Shown here: one piece after another, positions 29,835 through 43,643 of the stretch
Layout: every line of letters starts with the position of its first letter
Position numbering within the stretch: the first letter of the stretch is position 1
NCBI GenBank assembly: GCA_002633005.1
Contig: NMRA01000339.1
Span: 392,685-456,684 of the forward strand
Length of the DNA: 64,000 bases
Reading direction: 5' to 3'
From: Phoronis australis
Lineage: Eukaryota; Animalia; Phoronida
Notes under the pieces: generated by a model
What the model was told of the DNA's origin: nothing
The model's input: the letters and a program-made list of their open reading frames with translations, nothing else
The model's database searches: none
Position numbers and translations under genes: made by a program

Positions 29835-32800
29835 GTCTATTTATACCACATGAAACCTTGCAATAAATTGATCTGCCTTTCTCGACTTGCCTCGGCTTTG
29901 TGTAACTACTTTCTATGTCAGAGGCCCGGGGTCGGAGGTCGTGACCTTTTAAGAAAAGCCGAGCTATCGTTTTTGTCAAATAACCCTTTTACTCAAAACC
30001 AATTGAAAAATAAAACAAAATAGAAATAAAGTGAATCTATAAATTAAGGTTTAGCAACTAGTGTAGCTTACTACACATTTTATCACGCTAAGCTTCGACC
30101 GGGAAAATATTGTCTGCTAAAGTAGGTTACCACTAGTAACTGACTATAATGCTCAAGTCAAAGGATCCCGACGACACCGACGATACCCGCATTCAAATTG
30201 GAGATCGGTGATTTATAAGTGAGAGAACACGATAGAAAAATTTCACTGAATTAAAATATGGTTTTTATGGAAATTATGCGTCTTATTTTTCATAGCGTAC
30301 AAATGTCGATGCAATGCACTTTGCTGAACATGCTATTGTTGCGCGTGCTCGTTTAAAGACCTGGTCGCACGCGTTGTTAACCCTTATTACATGGTTAGAG
30401 GATGTTATAAGGATCCAAGAAGTACCTACCCCATAACTAATACACAATTCGTATTCGGAAAAAGTTTAAATGAACGCGCCACTCACGATTCGCATCCGAA
30501 GAACCACCGCCATTTTGAACTTGCCGCGAACCCGGAAGTACAATTCATTCAGGAACCCAGGCTTAGAAAACGCCGTCAGTGTGGATGGACGAGTGCATGT
30601 TACCAGCTTGCAAACGGGGATAAAATAATCGACAGCGCGCCATAATTTTAATAAAATCAAAATACGGACAACTTTATCGAATTTGCTGAAGAAACGTGGC
30701 GAATCAATTTTGACAGAAATTATTTTGCCGGACTCGGGACCGCAGCGTATCGGACCCGGTGCCGATCGAGACCAGACACTGGCGATGAACGGAAAATGCA
30801 TGCGGTTGCGAGCTGTTTTGTCGAAGTAAAATGCTCAAATCATAAATGCCGCATTTCTTCAAAGATAGTTTCAGACACTTGCATGAAATCATACGGGCTG
30901 GTTAGTCCTGTGTCACTCTGCCGCGGCAGACCTTAGCTAGCCTCAGTGCCAGCTACCAGTGAAGACTATCGTCAAAATACAGCTTGTGAGAGAGTAGATG
31001 AGGGCGAAGCCCTCAGACAGCTTAGCGAGATCGGAGGATCTCGCCTTCTGTCCTTGCTGTGGTTGGTGTGGACGCGGATCGAGGGCAGGACCTGGTAGGC
31101 CGGTGGTGGTAGAGGTGGTGTGCTTGATCTTCTTCTGGAGACGAGACGCTGGCTGGATGGCAACAGCGTTATTGACATCGTAGAGGTGAAGCTGGCTTGA
31201 TGGCAACAGCTTAGAGTTGGTTCACATGAAGCCGGCTTGCTGGCAACAGCTGTCATGCTACTGATTGCTTGTCTTTATACTGCCCCGTCGGGACAGTTTT
31301 TTTTTTCGTTGTCTTTATACTGCCCCGTCGCCCCTTCGGAACAGTTAAAAAAATACAGCTTGTTAGTACATGTAGGCCTATATAGCTTTGCGCCAAGGAT
31401 ATCCTTAGGACTAACTGGTCGCTGGCCACAGCGCTCGCTCAAACCGTAGGTTTATTTAGAACTTGGCACTTCTGGCGAACTGTGCAAAGTTGTTGGCTTT
31501 CAATAGAGATTTGCCCAGACTTTGTATGAGCGCACCAAGCCTAAAAGAATGGGGGGGGGGGCTGGAATTTTTGGGAATGCCTATCTTTTACTATAAGATT
31601 CACTGGGTATGTTCAGAGCTATGAATTGCAGACGCTAAATGTTGGTACTTCCTGTCTTCTAGTGGAATATTGTCTTTTTTTCTACTTTTTTCGGAGTTCT
31701 TGTGACTGAGGCAGACCTAATTTGCATTTCTCCAAAGGGGGCTCGATCGAGCACATAAGTATGACAAGTCCAATACAAAATGTTATCATTTTTATTCATT
31801 AACCTAAAATGAGTCAAACTTTTAACATAATAAGTAACTTAAAATGTACAATACTTTACAATATTTAGCATTACAAACACTATTCAACACATGCACGCAC
31901 CCAGCCTTCAATATGGGGGGCTCGAATTCCGGCGATGTGGGGCTTTTGCTAAAAAATGAGTGGGCGGACTAAAAAAAACGGAAGCACCATTGTGAATTGC
32001 GCGCGTTTGCGCTTCTTTAGTGGACTTTTGTCCCATTTTCTCGGGCTTTTTTTCTCTCGGGGGCGGACCTATTTGCCCACTTCGCCAAATGGGGGGCTCG
32101 TTCGAGCCCCTCCCCCTTGGTGCGCGCCTGCAACACTGAGCGAAAGTTTCCATGTTATGAAAGTGGACTTACATGTAACTATTACCATGGTGACCGAATA
32201 GTGTTTCCTTACACCAGAATTTGACAAGCATGAAGTTGCAAGGATGAAGAATTGGAGGCTTGAAGCTTTACAATCCAACATAGCTTATTTCCCGAATTAA
32301 GATTACTCATATTAATTGTTGACTTGATAACCTGAATTAAGAAGCAATAAGTTACAAAACATGACTTGAAAGCAATTGAGACTTTAAATTTAGAAAAATA
32401 TGAATCATTTTGTGACACCGAATCACGCCTTGAGCAGCAGTTGACAGTCAAACAAAAAACCATATCAAAATTATTTAAATTATTTTTTAGCTTAGTGTAA
32501 GATCACCTGTCCTCCAATATGTCTGACGCGATCCAAACAAAGTGACCCAAATTTCGCCACAAAAATTGCAATAACTTTACACTGCTTGCCCCGAGTTTGA
32601 TACTTTTTCGATTCTTTCTGAGTAGAATGCACTAAATTTCCGATGATAGCAAAGTACTTTTTCAAAGCGAGAAAAAAATCAAAACGAAAAAATTGGTTCG
32701 ACCCATATTGGTTCCTAGGTTCGACCGGCCTGCGCAAGGAACTAAACACCAATGCTCATTTAAAATAATAAGTACGCGTAGCATTCCAAAAAATTCAACG

Positions 32801-33189
32801 ACCACTAACTACAAACTATAAATACACTACATACATGTATGCACACTAATCACGAGATATTTCTAATAAAACAAAATAATAAAGACTTTTCGAGCAAGCG
32901 ATAGCACATTCAGTTACAAGGAAAAAATGGCGGCGTTCAGGACAAGGTCCTGAACTGATGAGCCGGAAATGTGGGTACGGAAATAACCGATGAAAGCCGG
33001 TAATTATACGCTCACAGAGAAGGGCCAAATACGGTTAAAAAATCGCTTTTGGCAAAAAAGGCGAAAAGAATATAAAGAAAGGGTGTCGAAAATAAGATTT
33101 TATGTAATAAGTATTTTCGGCTACTGGAAAAACATGGGCATTTTGCAACCATGTCTTTAAGTATTTTATTTTCACATTCGATGACGTCA

Positions 33190-33262
33190 GCCGCAGAGTA
33201 GTGTAGTGGTAAAGCCGGCGACTCGAAATTCTTGAGGCCCGGGTTCGAATCCGGCCTCGGTT
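33190..33262 (+). pseudogene. tRNA-like sequence (tRNA pseudogene or SINE head), nominal anticodon CGA
   Basis: A-box TAGTGTAGTGG, T arm CCGGG-TTCGAAT-CCGG, CT-CGA-AA loop. The anticodon stem (GGCGA/TTCTT) and acceptor stem pair poorly. Confidence 0.5.
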
Positions 33263-36200
33263 TCCAGCCAAAATGTTATCTCACTAGTGAGATAACTTCA
33301 TGAGTTATTTTACGGTTGTATCTGCCATTCGAGGATAATATTGTGGTATAACGCGCCTTTTCGTGAATTTAATACACTTCGGGCATTTCGATTGTTGGAA
33401 AATATCAAATCTTGCGATTGGCTGATATTGAGGAATTATTAGTATAACACTTTCTAATGATAAATGCCTTCACAATAGCTTGTGATTGCTGCAACCATAA
33501 GAGCGCCCGTTATGGGCCGGAATTTTCTGCATGATTCTTTTTGACTCGGGCAAATTACTGGCTTTGACAACAGGTCAAACAAATGAACAAAGCGATTTAC
33601 TATACTTTCTGACTCATTGTTGTAACAATCCGACAAACAAAACATTGAAATACAACCGTGTACGCGTAGATTACCACGCACAACGGTCTAACGAGCTATC
33701 CTTGTCTCATGGGGCCAGTCTGCTGTACAGGTGGTGCTGTGACAGACATTGGCCCGTTTCGCACCAAGCGATGTGCTACATTGTAACAACACTCTTGAAA
33801 AAAGGTACAAGCGCAGTCAATTGAATTTAGGCAGCGACAGCTAGGGGTAACTTGCTGGTCCGCTAGCGGTAGGGACACGCTGGTAGCATTTTTAAATGTG
33901 TCCGCGGGAAATTAAAATTTACCGCGGTATTTTTTACCGTACACCGGCGTTTTTGATTGGCTAGTTTAATTGTCAACAAGTAGCGCCTTTTACGTAAACA
34001 AACTGGCAAGACCGATGGAGGAGGTGTAAATGTGCACATAGTTTGTGGTTTGTTGCACAGACAAATCGGTGCTTTATTACAGTATGTTCAAAAAATGTGG
34101 ATCGGAATGTTATGGTTGTGCCTTTTCGGTGTGCATTTTTCTACTGTCGCCTACCACCAAGTACGTTTGTTTACGTTGCTATCCTGCGTTCGCACAATGA
34201 AAAACACGTCGCAAGCCCGGTCTTAGCTCACAGACCCGAGTGAAGTCTGGATCCGTAAACAATCAACTTTTTGTCAGTTCTACAACGTTCGTGGCCTTGT
34301 TTATATTCAGCGTCGAGTTGGCGTGTCCACCATATGGGGATCAACAATTTTTCAGTTAGACGAGAAGGGCAGAGTATTAGCCAGGATTTTCCCGTCAGAC
34401 ATACCAAATGGAATCTGGAAGAAATTTAGCCCCCCCCCCTTTTAATCCACCACTGCTCATGACCGCCTCGATCGCCCAGGCTTAAGGCATTTGATAAAAC
34501 TGACGGCTAGTTGCATTCGGGTGGAATCTCCAACACGCTTGGGTCCGGGATATCAACAGTGTCGTTGATAAAGTTAGTGGAAACCATCATGTAAGTGGTT
34601 TTAGCGCCTGAAATATACAACAGCGGTGGGTTGTAAGTGCGAGGCGAGTACAGTTATGCTCTAGTCATGTCCAAGAGGTGTCACTAGGATTGCCTTGTGT
34701 TAGAAATGACTTGAGTGGTGTGGTTTTGACGAGGAAATAAAAGTAAAAGTGAAAGTAATTGCAAATTAATTTGGAGATCATAACTTTAAACATTTTTAAA
34801 TGCTAGTCCACGGAGTAAAGCCAACTTCCTGGGCATAAAAAATCACGACCAATGGTCTAGTTCTCCATACTCCGAATGTCCTTACTTATTCAATTTAGAG
34901 CATCATCATAGCTGCGGATCGGATTCATATGAAAGTTTCAGATAGGTGCCTCATAGACTCACAGTTATCCAAAACGTTTTAGCACAGTTTCTAAAATGTT
35001 CCAGTTTTGTCTTAGGGCTATAAAAACAAGACTTCTATGACCTTGATATGGGAATACTCAGAACTTTCTTAAAACGAAAACGAAATGCTTATTTAGAAAA
35101 CTAAAAGAGGATTTTGAGATTTCATATTTAAACAATTGTATCTAAATAAATTTAGTCATGTGACAACTGATACCGTTGTTTTGCTATGGATGTACCTTTC
35201 TTTTTTGCTAATTTTACTGAAAGAACACGGTCACGTGACACCATTAATGACACATTGGTATAAATTCAAACAACAAATACTACTGGCTTTATAATTTCAG
35301 ACAATGTTTACCTTTACTGATTCGAAATCCATTATAGTTTTGTTTTTGTTGATATTTGGCTAAATACAGACCAGACGACGAGGTTCGACATAATCTTAAT
35401 TTACTGTAAGTACTAAACAGGTGTCTGATTCTGTGCTCAAGTATGTAAGTAGCGTTTCTGCAGATGAGTTTTTGGTGGCAGTTAGCACTCGATGACCCCT
35501 AATTCGAGCTACAATCTAGAGTTCAAATTTTAGATTTCGCCGAAGTTCAGACTTAAACGTTAATGCTGGAGTCTTCAATTACCGATGATGTACTCGAATA
35601 TAGAATAGTTGAAATTTCTTGAGGTCGTATTTAGTTCACTACAAAATATCTAAAATACGAGTTCGAATTCTGAGATTACGTGATCCAAAGAAGCAGAGGT
35701 ATTCGGCTGGACGAGTGATAAATGTACAAGTACATGTATACTCTGAAGTAGACTAGATAGACTTCATAGTGTACACGATCTTTTTATTCTACAACGAATT
35801 TCTCGATGTATTGTTTGATTTTTCAGTGTAAAAAATTACGAATTGAATAAGAATTGCACACTTTGTCGCGTTTACGACCAGTAAGAGGGGTGGTAGGGCC
35901 AGGAGATGTTGTCATCTTATTTATATGTAGGTCAGACAATTCAGTGCTTTTCAAGGCGAATAAGAAATGGCTGATATGGAGAGCAAACAGGCAGATGTGT
36001 ATGCGAAGTTTCAAAAATGGCTTTCATGTGATTCGGAGAACAAAACAGCTTTAGACAGGCCTAAGCTATGATCTAGCCATTCATTGAACAAATTAATAAA
36101 TGCGATCGCTAAAAAGCACAGGCGGCTTGACGCTGCCATGGCAGTAAGAAGCGTTGCGCTAACCAATGCGGCACGGAACACCGCCACGTTATAAAAGACC

Positions 36201-39200
36201 AATTGATCTCAAATACTGTACCTCCGTCGGGTTGTAGGTTACCACAGAAATTTTTATTCAATATTGTTCATTGGCATTTGTGGGATGTCGTGAAGGAGAC
36301 CGACCACTATTTCAAAGGACAAGCTTTCTTGGATAGCGTCTAAAAATGACATGCCGGACAGAGTTGATTTGGTTTCTATGGTTGTACCCAGAAGATGTTC
36401 CGTAATTTTCCTGCGACAACATAGGGATATCTAAATTATTCGCCGTTAGATTAGTCATGATACACGACACTGAATGAAATAAGATATTGTGTTGTACGTT
36501 TGCGTAGACAGCACCAACCACTAGGGTAAACTTCGCTGGGACAAAGGCGGTAGAGACGCTATCCGTACATGTACCTGTATGTGGTTTGCTGCGCGGTGAG
36601 CGAATTTGCTCTTTAGTAGATTCGTTTGCGCATTACATGGACTGGAGAATAAGGGAGCAACGGCAACAGGGATGATATCTACATGTATTGTGTAACAGGT
36701 AATTAATTTATAACAAAACGCATTTGCATGAACATTGTATTAGTATAATAGCGGTTTCGGGATATCTCCTTACGAGAGTTTTAGCCTACCCAGTCGCCGA
36801 GCCGCTCAGATGGGTTACTTTTTCGCCTCCAGTTTCCCTATGAAACAGAAAGGGTGTTTTTCCCACAAAGTTATCTTTGAGAATTTGAAACTCGTCAGTA
36901 CAAGACGTCCTTCTCCCCACTCTAAACTCCTAAAACCTGCAAGGCCGGGGGTTTCAATTGTTATATCAAACTTAACTTAAAGAAAAAAACAAAGATGTAC
37001 TCCTTATTAAAAACACGGAATCTCTGTACTGTTTCAGGTTCACGGATTACAAACATCTGCGCAAGAATCCCTTCAAAACGGGGACTATTTCAAGTGTACG
37101 CTGAAAAATGTTTTTTCATGGGCAATCATTACAAATGGTTCCGTTTTTGACCTTATTCTCTAAATAGATTGGTAGTCTGGTGTTCTACAGCTGCACCCTA
37201 GTCAAAATACATGTGTCAGTAATCGACTACCTTCTGGTATGCGACACTTTTTTCAAACGGTACATAACCCAGTATCGTCCGGTTACCTATTTTCGTCAGG
37301 CTCCAAAGTTCGTCCGCCATCTTGTTTCGCGTGCAGCGCAACCACGCGGGACTTAGCGTTCCAATTTGGAGTGCTCGTCTTCACGTTAGGTACTAACCTC
37401 TCGGGAGAAACACGTATCAAAGTAATGAGACAAAAATCGGTGAGTTTACCGATTGTTTTTTAAAACCACTTAAAAATCAGTAGATTTTACTAATACACTT
37501 TTTTGTGNGTGTCAGTAATCGACTACCTTCTGGTATGCGACACTTTTTTCAAACGGTACATAACCCAGTATATATAATAATTTCAATAACACACCCAGAC
37601 CTTCCATTTCTTCCCACAAATCCTAATATGTTCAAACCTAACTGAAATATAAATCTTTACAATTTGATTTATATTATTGTAGCTTCACTTCCAACGAAAA
37701 CGACAACCATAGTGATAGCTTATGCTTGGATTATGAGAACACTTAATTTTATTAATTTATAGTAAAACAAGTCAAACGCAATCTTTGCTGAACGTTAGTA
37801 CGAAATGTTTATATTTTAGTGACATTTTTCTATTTACGAAACTTTTCACGTGCTTTAAATTAGTGAAGAACACAATATCTTTAAAAGAGGTTCCAAGAGA
37901 AGCTTTGAAAAATAGTTGTGAGTCGTGTACTAAATTGCGAGAGATTATTTTTGAAGAAAACATTTTTACCGACAGCGCTTCTATAGGGATAGTTAGCAAA
38001 ATACCACAATGGGATATCTGACTTCGATTTTTAAATCAGGAATTTTAAGCCACTTATAGGTATACTTCAGATTTGATCATCGTGGCAACGCAAATAGTCA
38101 GATTATCAAGCCTATCGATACAGTGTATGGCAGATCGGACGTCGGAGTCCGCTGTTCCAAAAAACAGCTGTGTTCTTTCACGAATAGAAAGATTCAAGAT
38201 TCGTTCTCATTCAATTCATAAAGACAAACGAAGTTCCTGATCGTAACTGCCAAAGGAAGACGTTTCTTTATAGTCACCTTTTTACAATCAGCAAGAAACC
38301 TCTGTTTGTATGAGATAGTCCCAATACTTAACGTTTGTGATCCACCTTGAAGCATCTTCTCAACGTCGAAGGCCATGGCCCCATTAACCTGGAAGAGTGC
38401 AAATAATGTTCGAATCACGTTTGTTAGTAAGCTGCATTAGGTGACTTGCTCTTTCACGAACCATTTGAGTGTTATAAGTTTGCGAAAGAAGGAAGTGTGT
38501 GAAAGAACTCCAAGTCATAAGTACATGTAAGTAACTATAATTCAGCTCGTGAGAAAATAGCTTTGTTACAGATGATAATCTCTGTAACTCTAAAACTATC
38601 GGTTTTTATGATCCAAAAAATATTTTTAAACCAGTCAAGTATGCGAAACGAAAATTACTTGCGAATATTTTTTATCTTTTGTTTCTGGTATGAATATCAA
38701 AAACTGCCAAACATATTTCTGATTTCATAGCCAGTACACACACCTGAACGAAGTAATGCAAACAAGTCCCACGCATGCACGGCGCAACCTCAGCGGCCGC
38801 GAGATCCGAGTTGGCATTCCAGGGCAAGACTTCTACGGTCTTCTTCTGAAACTTTCAGACGGCTACTTTGATACTCTTGGTAGATCATAGTCTACTTTTT
38901 GGTAGTATTTGAGGTAAGGTGACACTCAGTATTTTTAGGCACATTCGAATTTCTATTCTAATCATTTATTTCAGTGATGGATTGACTGGCACTTTGAGAT
39001 CTACTACGCTATGCCTGGTGGCTATGAATGGCAGGAGCGGCTACATTTTTTTTTTATCCGTTGTCAAAAAATGAAGCAAGTTATTGGTCCCCAACCAATC
39101 TATTTTACAACTGCATTCTTTGTAANCACGATTATACTACAACCCATGTGCTACAACTGTGCAGAAAATCTTTGACTTCCGTTTAAATATGGCGGAAATA

Positions 39201-40420
39201 TTGGACGTGGCGCATGCGCACCCCGAAATATGGCTAAACACGTTTTCTCCTGTAGAGGGCGCAATTGCAAACCAATCACTTTCAAACTGGTCAGGTGTTT
39301 GTTGACATTAATAAGCTTTTATAAAAAATTATTGGACCGGAAGTTACTTCCAAGATAGCGGCTGTGGAGCATGTTCACACGGTTTCAATCGCTGTGCTGT
39401 CGCATTTTTTATTTTTATCCGTTGTCAAAAAATGAAGCAAGTTATTGGTCCCCAACCAATCTATTTTACAACTGCATTCTTTATAATTACTCTACAGTTT
39501 TCAAAAGGTAAATTGAAGCTGGATGTTCGTGCACCCCTCAGACTTTTCTGAAAAGCGAAAAAAACGTAATGTCGACGCCAATTGGCTACCCAATTTTTGG
39601 ATTCGGGAGTATTTTTTGGTTGTGAATGCGTTGGCTGCTAGTTCATAGGAAACCCATGTTAGTCGAGGTTTTTTGTGCATTAATGTATTTTGAAATCTCT
39701 GACACCAAAAATGTCGAAAGAGCAAATATCAGTGCTGTATGTACTTCCCTCAGGTGTGCTCGACATTTTCAAAAATACATCATTCATGCAGTGCATTTTT
39801 TCTAACTTGTCGGAACTGAAATAGGAAAGTTCAGCACGGCTGCACGGGCCTATTCAGTGTAACAAATAATATCGATAAATACTTGGATTATTTGATAATC
39901 ACGAGAGTGTTGATCGTTGCGGGTCCATCTGCGTAAACAAACATAAGTTGAACTTGTCTGATGCCTCCAAAATTCACCTCTGGTAAACGTTGTTGAACAA
40001 GAATTCTAATCGGTGGATTTTGATTCGGCCGACTTTGGCATACACTGTACACTTGATCGCTATATTGGGAACAGTATTTTTACAGTTGACGGTCTACATG
40101 AAAAGAGTCCTCAAACTCCCTCACCGGTCAAGTTTGGGCAAATCCGCCAGCCACTTTCTTCAAATAAACCACCTAGCTTCAGCTGATGTTATTGTTCTTT
40201 AAAGATAACCAGACGCGAAATTACCCGTCAAAACATGGTTGTAAACATAGGAGGCTACAAAAGAATTTTTCAAATTTTGATTTTGAAAGATTTTTAATAG
40301 CATATTCGAATAGGTTGTGAAAAGCACCCTTCGGCTGCCATCTGGTGTCAGGTAAAAGAACTACCCTTGCTGCTTTCGAGAGGAACTACTCGAACTCCAC
40401 CATGAGTCCAACTTCTGTTG

Positions 40421-42755
40421 GGTTTAATTTTTGGCTAATCGTCCAAAGAAAAGGGGAGTCCAAATTTACCCAGGAATTCCTGACCCAAGTAGTGGAAGGA
40501 CGCAACACTAGTCAGATATTGTCTTTACTTGGCAACTTTGATGTATCAGTGTCGGGTAGAAAATGAAAGAGGTCACCGCTTGTTGGGGCGAGCGAACTGT
40601 TCGAGGATGGGTTTTCATCACTGTGGTACTTGTGTCCGGTACTTTCGATGGGTTTTGTTGATTTTGACTCATTGGGCACGGTGACACCTGTATCGCTATC
40701 CACATCCGGCTACTGACAGTCGCATATGGTGTACACAATTTCAAAATCGAAAAATCCTTGATTCGAAAATAGTGAGTTCTGTTTCAAAATGCTTATATAA
40801 AACTGGGACAAAGTCTGTTTCATTAGATACAATTTGTAATGCCTTGGAGTGTTCGTGGGTACATACAGCTGTATGTTCTGAGAAGCCAGCAATGCGTTAC
40901 CGGCTTTTAAAAGATGCAATAAGCTAATTGACGGGGCACCGAGGCCCCGGCGTGTGAGTGCATGCTGTGTTGCTGACAGAAAGCTGTTGCTGTTGTGAAC
41001 TAATAACTCGATTTTATATTCTATGGTCAGATGTCAGGGGAATCTTTATTCAGATAGTCCTATACATTATTCGAATCATTGTTACTGTACAACTTTTGCC
41101 TTGACAGTTCCAGGTAACCTGACTTCGCGGCCCCCAACGAGCTTGTAAGAAGATCTGCAGTTTCGCAGCTAATTCACCAAAATAATCACCTGTACAGTAT
41201 TTCTTTGGCTCACCAGTATAATCTGGAAGTTTAGTTTCCATATTTGGCTGGTTTATGTTCGTGATGTCGTCAGCGTTTTATGTATTTAGAACTGAAAAAA
41301 TCGCAGGTATAAAATTACAACACACAGCTATGTTCTTCTGCTTGTATCTCACAGACAAATGATTTGAATTTATCACCGGACAGACCCCAAACTCCAGCCA
41401 CCGACCATGTTAAATTGGCCCACCGAGCTTTGTAGGCGGCGGAACGTTCAAACAACTAAAAATCCGTAAAAGAGTAATAAAATAACACTTCGTTCATAAA
41501 CTCTATGTATTTGTAAGGGTTTATATCGAAATTTTATGATATATTGGTGAAAAACGATGAATTCTAGCGAAAAGCTGACACCAATTCAAGCGTGTTGTGA
41601 AATGCTGAGCAGACTGCGTTCGAACCTCTGACGTCATTGGTTAATTTCATCACCTTTGTCTGCCGTCAGCCAGTAAAAAAACTGTACTTGCTGTTATCGA
41701 ATGGAAGTACTCGATCTAAATTGATACAAAATAGGTTGTTTTGGGGTAGCATTCTCCTTTAATTTAGTCTGTCTGATAATTCTTCTCCGAAGTTCATGAA
41801 GTAGCACGTGCCCACACCTCTCCCAAAGCTGAGACATGCTAGGCTGAGATTCCCTGCACACTGCTGTATCAAGAGTCAGAGTGTTTTGTGACAACCGGTT
41901 CCCCAGACGTAACGTTAATCGTCGTGAGAGACCGTCCGGAGTTGGTATATGGAGCAACTCGGGAGGGTCTGGGGTCTACAGAAAACCACAGTTCAACTGT
42001 GAGTCTACACCAATGTGTAAAACGAAAGTAGTTCTACTTGTTGCGTCAGCTGCTGGTATGCCTATCTCTTTTATGACATACAATGTGTGACTGGGCAAAG
42101 CGTTTTCAAAATAATGTGGATAAATCAGTGGAGACCCCTGAGGTCCCCGTCAAGTCCTCACGGCAATTTTACGTTATGTCTAGTAGGATCTGCATGTAGG
42201 CTAGTGATGCATGAGGCCCTGGGTACTAGTCGCCACTAATTGTCACCGAGTGTTGTTTGGTATTAGCGTATCTTCATTTTCATTACAGTTGCCATTGTTA
42301 CAAGGTGTCCCGTTTTCATTCATTGATTTGGTAGACATTGGGCACTTCTCTCAGTGGCCACATATAAGTGTCGGCCTCGTAACTTCATGCACGTTTTCTT
42401 TATTATCAGACGTGTGTACTGAGTTCGGCTTCTTCGAGTCTTCAGACTTGTCAGGTCAACCTTTTGGATATCGTTTTAATGTTTTATAAGTAGCAACTGA
42501 AGTCTGCCCAAAGGCGGTCTGCCATCAATTTTAAATGACACGCAGCATCAAATGTTGTCTTTTTGGTCTCAGTGGCTGCATAGTACTCTATACCCAATTA
42601 TGCTTGTGCACAACGAACAGCATTGAGAATAAACTAAGCAGTTTGCGACAATGAAGAATAGGTAATTTTTGTGTTGTATCTCCCATACCAGTGAGCTGAG
42701 TGCAACTTTGAGCAGTAGTCGATCTTACTATCTCACATGTGGCGAGCATCCCACA
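40421..42755 (+). pseudogene. Relic of S28 protease intron 5 / exon 6 / intron 6 from the tandem duplication
   Basis: 40421-40775 matches 23183-23515, 41810-41895 matches 23683-23760, 42221-42755 matches 23800-24360. The exon-6 relic at 42404-42485 has lost its acceptor (20-nt deletion), has a 2-nt insertion, and its donor GT is changed to AT. Confidence 0.85.
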
Positions 42756-42786
42756 GAAAAGTGGCCACACTTTTCGTGTTCAATTA

Positions 42787-42965
42787 TTAAGGGGCCGCCC
42801 ATGGAGAGAGGGCTCATTGTTGGAATCGATTTCTTCTATTTTCTTGTTTTTCGTGAAATCGTACAACCGGCTTTCACGTTGAAGAAGGTCACTTCTTGCA
42901 GGGTACACGACCGTAGAATGAACTGCCACTTCTTTCCAAGCTTAGTGGTGTTTAGCGTCCCATCT
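42787..42965 (+). repeat. Dispersed repeat starting TTAA|GG (probable MITE left end); second copy at about 47854-48035 in TMEM26 intron 2
   Basis: About 180 bp shared (GGAGAGAGGG...TTGGAATCGATT...GTGAAATCGTACAACCGGCTTTCA...TTCCAAGCTTA). Both copies begin at TTAAGGG. Confidence 0.65.
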
Positions 42966-43643
42966 TAGTCGGGACCCTCTCTTGGTGGGGCGATTCGGGG
43001 GAATTGGTCCTTTTGTCCCTCTATACATATAAATCCGACCGTGCCAAGACCACGATTTGTGAACTGCACAAAAAAATTCCGATGATTAGTTATAAAATAA
43101 CGTTATTTTTACCACAGTATCACAAGAAAAGTATTTCTTTCGAAGATCGTTACAAAGAGATATTTGTAAGAAATTGGCACTACTAGAAAAGACTGTTGGG
43201 GCAAAAACTTGTGATGACCTGTACATGTACATGTCGAATAGGCGAACTCAATCGTTAAGGTTTCAGCGATTTTTGAAGTTAAGCTTTAACTCGTGAACCG
43301 TTACAGGTACCTTTGAAATAAACAAAAATGCACCTAAATACGAGTGCTCCGTCTCTCATGTTCCCCCGATTCCCCTTCAAAAATCTGCGAGCATGCCTGC
43401 GGAAATCGCTTATAAGAATCCGCTTTCATAAACAAATTCGTTGGTTTCTGATTCAGATGTTTATGTAACTCCGAAAAGTGACGGATTCATTGATTAGTTT
43501 TGACAATTAGAAGCTAATCTTGTAAGAATTGACGGTGTTTCAATGAACTTAGATGCAATTTGAAGCTGAAAAAACTCTATAATTCGATCCACAGACAGTA
43601 AAGTACACTTAGACGATTTTTGCCTATCTAAAATAACTCTTAA

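Larger units (their letters stand above)
29441..38388 (-). pseudogene. 5'-truncated duplicate of the ependymin-related gene
   Basis: Retains exon 2 (38388-38278), the 5' part of exon 3 (36410 to about 36356), exon 5 (34607-34507; TYMMVSTNFINDTVDIPDPSVLEIPPECN*) and the last-exon acceptor (29441). I could not find exon 1 or exon 4. Confidence 0.75.

Noticed and set aside
31148-31250. Three 20-bp repeats with unique spacers resembling a mini CRISPR array
   Set aside because: Eukaryotic context, no cas genes, degenerate repeats, and short spacers that share ends. Better explained as a decayed minisatellite.
31890-32130. Short element with CATGCACGCACC...GGTGCGCGCCTG ends
   Set aside because: Probably an ordinary MITE, but the TIR is degenerate and the TSD uncertain, so it is not listed as a feature.
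37212-37571. Perfect direct repeat of about 60 bp around a 235-bp insert
   Set aside because: The second copy starts at an N (37508). Likely a contig-overlap or haplotype join artefact.
39045-39484. Near-identical direct repeat of about 80 bp
   Set aside because: The first copy ends at an N (39126). Probable assembly artefact.
39500-40710. Coding-like minus-strand text near the duplication junction (also 23186-23470)
   Set aside because: Multiple stops and frameshifts and no family I can recognise. Needs tBLASTx before any call.
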